A program made the translations under genes and the position numbers. A stretch of 32,000 nt of DNA, taken from assembly GCA_964648855.1 (NCBI GenBank), contig CAZYLT010000003.1:90001-122000 (forward strand), read 5' to 3'. The DNA is from an uncultured archaeon (lineage in GTDB: Archaea > Asgardarchaeota > Thorarchaeia > Thorarchaeales > Thorarchaeaceae). Under the pieces are notes generated by a model. That model saw only the letters and a list, made by a program, of their open reading frames with translations, was not told where the DNA came from and made no database searches. Shown piece after piece: positions 9,818 to 17,189 of this stretch. The first letter of the stretch is position 1. The number at the start of each line of letters is the position of its first letter.

Positions 9818-9851
9818 TGAGGGGAACTGTCCCCTCACACGCTCTTTTTTT
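9818..9851 (+). terminator. Putative hairpin plus U-tract terminator
   Basis: TGAGGGGA-ACTG-TCCCCTCA (9818-9837) is a perfect 8-bp stem, followed by a T7 tract at 9845-9851, between convergent genes. Confidence 0.7.
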
Positions 9852-9872
9852 GATTGTAAACATGCTTCTCGG

Positions 9873-10274
9873 TTATTTTACTATGCTTTTCTTCAGATTT
9901 TCGTGAAAGAACTCAATACCGGATAGATGCGCCTCATATATGCTGCTGAATGAGTCATAAGATATTCCGTTTACAGGAACAGCATTCCGGAGAACTATGA
10001 AGCCATTCTTATCAATGCCAAAGGATATCTCAACGAGTTTAGCATTTGTTCGCAAGAGCTTTTCGCAAATATTGCTTCTATCCTTAGATTTTAGGTCAGA
10101 AATATCCATGAGTTTGGTTGTTAGAGTCACCCAATTATCTCCCGGGAATACTTCGATTTGTTTTGTTTCGGTAACCCCATAAGGGGAAAGACTGAATGTC
10201 TTCCTTTCATGCTCTTCGAAACTGAGCTCAAGCCTTTTGAGATACTCTTTCGCGATATACCATGTGGAGCTCAC
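9873..10274 (-). CDS. YbjN-domain (T3SS-chaperone-like fold) protein
   Basis: 133 aa; LLRTNAKLVEISFGIDKNGFIVL matches the YbjN/CesT pattern LLxxNxxxxxxxFxIDxxGxIxL; GTG start with AGGAGG SD. Confidence 0.75.
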   Translation of the reverse strand: MSSTWYIAKEYLKRLELSFEEHERKTFSLSPYGVTETKQIEVFPGDNWVTLTTKLMDISDLKSKDRSNICEKLLRTNAKLVEISFGIDKNGFIVLRNAVPVNGISYDSFSSIYEAHLSGIEFFHENLKKSIVK

Positions 10275-10483
10275 TGGAACCTAGCCTCCTAGGATTTCGC
10301 TGGTCGTTGCCAGGTTGATTTGGATTCAGGAAATCACTTTCAATATATCCTCGACTTCTAGTAAAAATCTTCGCTTTTTCAAAACGAGCCCTCTGAGTCT
10401 CAAGAATTGACGGAGATTGAAATAGACCTACCAAACAGTATTTGAGTGATACGCTACCATTCTTGAACAGAACCATTTGTGAG

Positions 10484-11155
10484 ATGAATGACGTGGCATG
10501 GGAAGTAAGAAACGATCAGGTTCCCTTCAAGAAACAATATGCTTCGATAATCATAATCCTTCTTAATGTAGTCATGTTCCTGCTGCAACTAACCGACCCT
10601 GATGGGCGCATGCTGCTAGAACTCGCTTTTGTGCCAGCATCATTTTTCAGGGGCGAAGAGCTTTGGACCATTTTCACATCTATGTTTATGCACGCCAATA
10701 TCACACATATTTTCTTCAATATGCTTTTCTTCTACGTTGTGGCAGATGATACCGAGAATGCATTGGGGCATGGATTCTTCGTTTTCACATACTTTGCATC
10801 AGGCATATTCGCAACGCTGTTACATACCGGTTTCACCCTTGTTGCCCCCGTTGCGCTGGATATACCGTTGGTTGGTGCATCGGGTGCAATCGCGGGCTTG
10901 ATAGCTGTATATGGATTGCTATTTCCTCAGAGACGTCTGAATGTTCTCTTAGGATTCTATTTTGTAAGACTAAGCGCAAGGAAATACGTTGTCGTCTTCG
11001 CTCTTATGCAGCTTCTATTTGGATTCATGTTATGGGGAACAGCGGCCACAGCATATTTTGCTCATCTTGGTGGACTTGTCGCAGGCGGAATCTGCGGATT
11101 GGCGTATAAATCGATGAATAAACCTCCTGAGCAAAGCTATTACTCCACCTGGTGA
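10484..11155 (+). CDS. Rhomboid-family intramembrane serine protease
   Basis: FTSMFMHANITHIFFNM, catalytic GASGA and AHLGG motifs. ATG at 10484 is preferred over the in-frame TTG at 10442. Confidence 0.93.
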   Translation: MNDVAWEVRNDQVPFKKQYASIIIILLNVVMFLLQLTDPDGRMLLELAFVPASFFRGEELWTIFTSMFMHANITHIFFNMLFFYVVADDTENALGHGFFVFTYFASGIFATLLHTGFTLVAPVALDIPLVGASGAIAGLIAVYGLLFPQRRLNVLLGFYFVRLSARKYVVVFALMQLLFGFMLWGTAATAYFAHLGGLVAGGICGLAYKSMNKPPEQSYYSTW

Positions 11156-11227
11156 GTTTTGGATAGGTTTTTTGCGCTGTTAGCCCCGCTTATATCAAGC
11201 TAGCAGGATTGCATCAGTGGGATTTCC

Positions 11228-12163
11228 ATGACTGTAAAGGACAGGTCGTTCGATTGGGAACAAGATTTTGACCTGATACGCCGATTCTTGATAGAAACAC
11301 ATGAAATTGAACCTCTTTTGAATTGGATTCCAACAAGATTTGAGAACAGGAAATTTGGCCCCTGTGGTCCTGTGTACAAAGATGACGAGGACAGGTTTGT
11401 TCAAATATGGGACGACAAAGCAAAATCCAAGTCTGCACCAACACCTATTGTGGGTGTTGGGATATTTTCTCCTCCAAGCGAAGGCCATGTTAACATACAT
11501 CCAGAATATCGGCATGTTGAAAGGGAAATCATTTCATGGCTAGAAACCCAAGCGAAACAGAAGAGAAACAGCTACTCCAATGGAGGAGAATTGAGCTTCT
11601 TTGTTCGGGAGGACAATGGGCACTTGACCAATCTGCTTGAAGAATTAGGGTATCAAAATGAAGGGCTGTATTCACACGACAGAGTTAGGCCTTTGGACTA
11701 TCCCATTCCGGAATTCGAACTGCCTGAAAGCATGGTGATTCGGTCATTCGATATTGTAAATGAACTGGATTCGTATCGCGCCGCCCAGGGTTCTGTCTTC
11801 AAGCATTGCCTATCCATGACTATGGAAAATGCTCGAATCTTCAAGAGTGCTTCATTCTATAATGCTGAATTGGATATAGCAGTGGTCACAGAGAATGGGG
11901 ACTTTGCGGCCTTCTGCACGGTCAGGGTGGACCCCATTAGCGGGATAGCCGAATTTGAGCCAGTTGGAACCCGCCCTGATTATCGAAATAGAGGTTTAGC
12001 CAAGATGCTCCTAGCAGAAGGATTACGACGGGCGGAAGACTATGATGTATCATTCATGTGCATTCCTGGTGCCAACCCAACTGAAGCGGCTAGTAGCCTC
12101 TATGAGTCATTGGGTTTTGAGTTGACTGCTCGAGAATATCGCTGGTCAAAGTTTCTTGCCTGA
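11228..12163 (+). CDS. GNAT-family N-acetyltransferase (tandem GNAT fold)
   Basis: VGTRPDYRNRGLA acetyl-CoA-binding motif and LYESLGF; TATA-like CTTATATC at about 11189. Confidence 0.88.
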   Translation: MTVKDRSFDWEQDFDLIRRFLIETHEIEPLLNWIPTRFENRKFGPCGPVYKDDEDRFVQIWDDKAKSKSAPTPIVGVGIFSPPSEGHVNIHPEYRHVEREIISWLETQAKQKRNSYSNGGELSFFVREDNGHLTNLLEELGYQNEGLYSHDRVRPLDYPIPEFELPESMVIRSFDIVNELDSYRAAQGSVFKHCLSMTMENARIFKSASFYNAELDIAVVTENGDFAAFCTVRVDPISGIAEFEPVGTRPDYRNRGLAKMLLAEGLRRAEDYDVSFMCIPGANPTEAASSLYESLGFELTAREYRWSKFLA

Positions 12164-12227
12164 AGTCATGACAAAGGATATTGGGTCCCTATTCGAATTA
12201 TCCTGTTCTTCTAAGCATCAGCATATA

Positions 12228-14033
12228 TCATGGACGATGACCGTGTCGTTGAATGTATCGTTCAATTGCTTCAGGACCCGTCCTTCCAAATGCCTTGTCT
12301 AGAGATTTCTTACTGATATGTAAAATCGAGGGTCTCCCATGACAACAATTGAATCTGTTTGGTGTTCTGACCAATTCTGTCACAAGATTGCTAATTTGTT
12401 GATTATTCAGACCCTGCCCCGCTCGAATGGCTGAGTGGCATGCGATGACTCGCATTACACTGTCCATGAATTCGTGTCGAGCACTATCCAAGTCGATTTC
12501 TAACAGCCTATCTACGAAGGCAAGTATCTCTTCTCTCGTAGCTCGTGAACCGAAAACATCTGGTAATGTCGAAACCAGAATCTCATTGCCCCCAAAGTTA
12601 CTGACGGAAAACCCAAGCTTATGCAACTCATCTGAGATCTCAAGAATCCGTTCCTTGTCAGGAGGGCTCAGCTCCAGAACTAGGGGTTCTAGTAACTCCT
12701 GGATTGGTGTCCGATTTTCTTGCACTCTACCCTTGAGCTGTTCATATAAAATCCGTTCATGAGCAGCATGCTGGTCAATCAAAAGAAGATTATCATCTAT
12801 CTCTACCAATAGGTAAAGATTATTGAATTGACCTAGGATGCGAAGTGTACCTTCAATTTCATCCAAGGTTTCCAGTATACCTGATTCCAGCTTTTGGGAA
12901 TCCAAAACAAGTTGTTCTGACACTGTTCTTTGTTGTGGACCTGTATCAACTGTTTTGGCTGAAACCCCTTTCTTTTCGGTTGCGGTTTCAGATTTTGTTC
13001 CAGTTTCTCCCTCATCTAGGGTGTCCTGTTGTTGCTTTGTGTGAGATACTCTCCCAATTGCTCTTTCAACAGCTTCACGCAACATAGTTACAATCTTGTC
13101 GATGTCTTGGATTCTGACTTCGCGCTTTGTTGGATGAACGTTTGCATCAACCATCTTCGGATTGAGCCCAATATCAATACAGCAAACGGGGAACCTGCCC
13201 TTCATAAGTAAAGTGGAGTAAGCCTGTTCTACCGCCAAGCTCAATCTATCATCAGTAATCGGTCTCTTGCGAACTGAGAAATATTCTCTTCCTCTATTGC
13301 CCCTTGAAACGGGCGGTTTGGCGACGAATCCGGATATTACCACTCCGTTTTCATCGTGCTGAAAGTCCACTAAATGCTTCGCAATATCAGCTCCCCAAAG
13401 ACAAAGAACGCGGTCTCTGGAGGTCTGTTTCGGCGGACATGCAAATGCTAAACTTCCATCACGAGCGAGTCTGAATCCAACATCGTTTCTTATGATTGCA
13501 TGACTGGCTACTGCTTCATACACACGGTGACTCTCAACTCGTGGGTCCGAGAGATGTTTTCTTCTAGCAGGTACGTTTTCGAAGAGATTGGCCACAGTTA
13601 CAGTAGTACCAGGAGGTCTTGCTGCATCCGAAACAGAAGGAATCCCCCCTGCTTCAGATTCAATTCGTGAGCCAACTTGTTCATCGATATGACGAGATGT
13701 AATAACAAGTTCAGCCATGGATGCAATGCTTGCCAGAGCCTCACCACGAAATCCGTAGGTTAGAACTGATTCAATATCATCCTTTGTTCGGATCTTGCTG
13801 GTTGAGTGTCGAAGAGCACACAAAGGTGCATCTTCTTTCAGAATCCCCTCACCATTGTCTGAGACCTTAATCCCTTCGATGCCTCCGGATTCTATCTCAA
13901 TCGTAATAGATGTAGCTTTTGCATCAAGTGAATTCTCAATTAGTTCTTTAACAATCGAGGCCGGGTTCTCTACAACTTCACCTGCAGAAATCAGGGAAAT
14001 GAGTGAGTCATCAAGAACCTCAATTTTGCCCAT
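12228..14033 (-). CDS. mutL: DNA mismatch repair endonuclease MutL
   Basis: AGEVVENPASIVKELIENSLDA, DNGEG, HSTSKI, GFRGEAL, DANVHPTK; endonuclease motifs DQHAAHERILYE, ACH and CCHGRP. Confidence 0.97.
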   Translation of the reverse strand: MGKIEVLDDSLISLISAGEVVENPASIVKELIENSLDAKATSITIEIESGGIEGIKVSDNGEGILKEDAPLCALRHSTSKIRTKDDIESVLTYGFRGEALASIASMAELVITSRHIDEQVGSRIESEAGGIPSVSDAARPPGTTVTVANLFENVPARRKHLSDPRVESHRVYEAVASHAIIRNDVGFRLARDGSLAFACPPKQTSRDRVLCLWGADIAKHLVDFQHDENGVVISGFVAKPPVSRGNRGREYFSVRKRPITDDRLSLAVEQAYSTLLMKGRFPVCCIDIGLNPKMVDANVHPTKREVRIQDIDKIVTMLREAVERAIGRVSHTKQQQDTLDEGETGTKSETATEKKGVSAKTVDTGPQQRTVSEQLVLDSQKLESGILETLDEIEGTLRILGQFNNLYLLVEIDDNLLLIDQHAAHERILYEQLKGRVQENRTPIQELLEPLVLELSPPDKERILEISDELHKLGFSVSNFGGNEILVSTLPDVFGSRATREEILAFVDRLLEIDLDSARHEFMDSVMRVIACHSAIRAGQGLNNQQISNLVTELVRTPNRFNCCHGRPSILHISKKSLDKAFGRTGPEAIERYIQRHGHRP

Positions 14034-14045
14034 TTAGACACCTCA

Positions 14046-15602
14046 CTAGTTAGATGACGAATACATCATTTCTCCACCAACAAAAGTCATTTCGATTTTT
14101 ATGTCTTTGATTCTTGCAGGCGGAATCTTCACAATATTATGGCTAAGAACAACGAAGTCAGCTCTCTTTCCCTCCTTGAGACTGCCCACAGTCTTGTCCA
14201 TAAACGATGCATAGGCGCTTTCAAGCGTATAACAACGAAGTGCCTCTTCAACATCAAGCTTTACAAAGGGATTGGAATTAGTAGTAGCTGACCAAATCCC
14301 GTACAGAGGCCCAAGCGGCATCCCATCAGAGCCGAAGCAAAGCCTAGCACCATTGTCTAGGACATTCCGGAAGTTGTTCATTAATCCCGTTCGCTTTTCT
14401 CCGAGTCTCTCGACATACAAACCATCTTCTTGCTGCCACTCCCCAACAAAATTGGGTTGCATTGAAAGAATCAAGCCTAAAGACGCGGCTCTTCGAATTT
14501 GGTCTTCAGTTATCAATTCAACATGTTCGAGTCTATGCCTTTGAAATTTTGCAGTTTCCCGGTCCTCTTCAGACAGAGATTCAAAGGATTCTAGAATCAT
14601 CTCAATAGCTCTGTCACCTATTGCATGGGTGACCGTTTGAATATCTGACCTTATTGCCGTTCGAATCCGATACTTGTATTTTCGTTTGCTCATCAACAGC
14701 ATTCCAGTGTTTTCGGTCTGATTTCGATATGGTTCTGATATCGCGGCGGTCGCTGCACCAATTGACCCATCAGTGAATATCTTAACGCCGCCGATTTTGC
14801 ACATTGGTGTTCCCATACCCGAGGTTATACCAAGTTTGACTAGATGGTTGAGTTGTTGACATGGAATATTGACTACCATTCTAATTGCTAAGTTGTTTTC
14901 CTTCTCTGCCTCTCTTATGGCGCGCAATTGCCCCTCTGAAACATTATCCACTGCAGTAGTAATTCCAAGTTTGGCTGCTATCTTAGTTCCAGCTACTGCT
15001 CCCTCAAGAATTGTTTGCTCATCAGGGCGAAGGTTCTTGGTCATACCTTCGATATCGCGAAAGATTCCAGTAGGGTTCCCCTTTTTATCCTTAACAACAC
15101 CCTCAAGTTCAGGGTCAAAGCCAAGCTTCTTTATTCCCATTGTGTTGGTTGAAAGTAGGTGACCATCAATACGAATGGCGGCTACTGGTTTCTTTTTGCT
15201 GACCTTATCAAGATCTTTTGCTGTGAGGTATCTCCCCTGAGGCCAATTACTTTCATCCCAGCCCCACGCTAGCACCCACTCCCCTTCTTCATACACCGAT
15301 TCCGCATCAGAGAGCCTAGCAATTGCGTCCTCGACTGATTTGGCTTTTGTCAAATCAACGTGAAATGACCTTATGCCCGTACTGGTGAGATGTGTATGTC
15401 CGTCAACGAAGCCTGGAACTACAGTCTTCCCACCTAGGTCAACGACTCGCTTAGCTGTCGGAATCAAGTCCATTACCGTTTCGTCATCACCGACGGCAAT
15501 AATCTTGTAGTTCTTTGACGCAAGAGTGGTTGCCCGCGGTCTCTCAGGATCCATGGTCACAATATTTGCATTGATAAGCACGAGGTCTGCTTGGAGCTCC
15601 AT
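14046..15602 (-). CDS. YtcJ-like metal-dependent amidohydrolase (amidohydrolase 3)
   Basis: PGFVDGHTH, KIFTDGS, HAIGDRA, RLEHVE, FGSDG and GKRADFVVL motifs. Confidence 0.9.
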   Translation of the reverse strand: MELQADLVLINANIVTMDPERPRATTLASKNYKIIAVGDDETVMDLIPTAKRVVDLGGKTVVPGFVDGHTHLTSTGIRSFHVDLTKAKSVEDAIARLSDAESVYEEGEWVLAWGWDESNWPQGRYLTAKDLDKVSKKKPVAAIRIDGHLLSTNTMGIKKLGFDPELEGVVKDKKGNPTGIFRDIEGMTKNLRPDEQTILEGAVAGTKIAAKLGITTAVDNVSEGQLRAIREAEKENNLAIRMVVNIPCQQLNHLVKLGITSGMGTPMCKIGGVKIFTDGSIGAATAAISEPYRNQTENTGMLLMSKRKYKYRIRTAIRSDIQTVTHAIGDRAIEMILESFESLSEEDRETAKFQRHRLEHVELITEDQIRRAASLGLILSMQPNFVGEWQQEDGLYVERLGEKRTGLMNNFRNVLDNGARLCFGSDGMPLGPLYGIWSATTNSNPFVKLDVEEALRCYTLESAYASFMDKTVGSLKEGKRADFVVLSHNIVKIPPARIKDIKIEMTFVGGEMMYSSSN

Positions 15603-15688
15603 TGAGAAACATCACACCCATACTATGCTGGAACGGACATCCATATGATTCTTCCTTATGTTGTTCTAGTGGTGTACCGGCTCTTCTG

Positions 15689-16333
15689 CTATTTCTTAGC
15701 CTTTTCCCAATCAGCCAAGAACCTGTCAATACCTATATCCGTCAGAGGATGATTCACCATTTTTTCTAGAACTGAAGGTGGAATAGTAGCTATGTCCGCA
15801 CCAATATACGCTGCCTGAAGAACATGCATCGGGTGACGGATGCTAGCTACTATGACCTCCGTTGCAAATCCATAGTTCATGTATATTTGTACAATCTCAT
15901 CAATTAGCTGCATACCTGACTTGCCTACATCATCCAGTCTACCTATGAATGGCGAGATGAATGAGGCCCCTGCCTTTGCTGCAAGAAGTGCCTGATTGGC
16001 GCTGAAACAAAGGGTCACATTTGTGTGTATATCTTCCTCTGACAAGACCTTAACAGCCTTCAGTCCCTCCCAGGTCATTGGGATTTTAATGGCTGCATTA
16101 TCTATCCAACCATTCAATTCGCGGGCCTCTTCTATCATTCCTTGAGCATCTTCGCTCACAACTTCAAGACTAATAGGTCCGTCAACAAAAGAGGCAATTT
16201 CATCTACAATCTCTCTGAAGTTTCGACCTTCCTTAGCCACGAGACTCGGGTTTGTGGTTACTCCATCCACCATTCCTCTCTCATGGGCCTTTCGTATTGC
16301 ATCTACATTTGCGGTATCAATGAAGAATTTCAT
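15689..16333 (-). CDS. tal: Transaldolase (TalC/FSA-like short family)
   Basis: [14 protein letters not shown], Schiff-base IKIP and ASIR motifs. Glu in SLEV and Phe in SPFIGR are the transaldolase-type residues rather than the FSA Gln/Tyr. Confidence 0.92.
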   Translation of the reverse strand: MKFFIDTANVDAIRKAHERGMVDGVTTNPSLVAKEGRNFREIVDEIASFVDGPISLEVVSEDAQGMIEEARELNGWIDNAAIKIPMTWEGLKAVKVLSEEDIHTNVTLCFSANQALLAAKAGASFISPFIGRLDDVGKSGMQLIDEIVQIYMNYGFATEVIVASIRHPMHVLQAAYIGADIATIPPSVLEKMVNHPLTDIGIDRFLADWEKAKK

Positions 16334-16430
16334 CGGGGTATTCGCTCCTAGTATTCTGTATACAAGAAATCGCAGGCATGAATATATCTTGCTGTCTGTT
16401 GAACCGATATCACTAGCTCCAAGAAATGAA

Positions 16431-17090
16431 TCATTGTTGTAATTCTTCCTTCAAGTTTTTCACGGCAGCCGTAATATCATCCGCCTTAAAGACCGCCGAT
16501 CCTGCAATGAAGAAATCAGCCCCTGCTTTATGTAACTCAGCAATGTTTGATTTCTTGACTCCGCCATCGATTGCAACCCTGACACTGGGTTTCAATTCAT
16601 CAAGAAGAGCCCTGAGTTTCGTTAGCTTGGGGGTAGTTGAAGGGATAAATTCCTGCCCCCCAAAACCAGGGCAGACACTCATAATCAAAACTGACTCAAT
16701 GACGTCAAGGAGGGGCTCTACCCAGTCGATAGGAGTACCAGGGTTCAAAGTTATCCCTGCTTTTCCTCCGAGGTCATTGATTAGCTGAACGGTACGGAAA
16801 ACATCATAGTCGGCCTCGATATGTGGATAGAGAATTTCCACACCAGCTTCAATGAAATCTGGGATATACTTTCGAGGGTCCGCAACCATAAGATGCGCAT
16901 CAAGCGGTAATTTGGTGATTCGCCTCATCGTTTGTGCTATTATTGGGCCGTAGGTAATGTTGGGGACGAAAATGCCGTCCATGATATCCAGATGAAAATA
17001 GTCTGCCCCCCCTTTTTCGGCGGCGCGAATATCTTGCTCAAGATGTGCGAAATCAGCTGATAGAATCGAAGGTGAGAGTAATGGTTCCAT
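16431..17090 (-). CDS. rpe: Ribulose-phosphate 3-epimerase
   Basis: [35 protein letters not shown] and AGSAVF motifs. ATG at 17090 follows a GGAG SD and is preferred over TTG 17120. Confidence 0.96.
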   Translation of the reverse strand: MEPLLSPSILSADFAHLEQDIRAAEKGGADYFHLDIMDGIFVPNITYGPIIAQTMRRITKLPLDAHLMVADPRKYIPDFIEAGVEILYPHIEADYDVFRTVQLINDLGGKAGITLNPGTPIDWVEPLLDVIESVLIMSVCPGFGGQEFIPSTTPKLTKLRALLDELKPSVRVAIDGGVKKSNIAELHKAGADFFIAGSAVFKADDITAAVKNLKEELQQ

Positions 17091-17140
17091 TTCTCCATCT
17101 CCCAAATGAGGTGTTAGCAACTCGGTTGTGTTCTATGATG

Positions 17141-17155
17141 TATTTAAGCTTCGCC
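17141..17155 (-). promoter_or_regulatory. BRE/TATA-like promoter of rpe
   Basis: The minus strand reads GGCGAAGCTTAAATA about 50 bp upstream of the ATG. Confidence 0.5.
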
Positions 17156-17189
17156 TAGGATTGCTTTCGTTAGTTACGAGGTGGTTGAA

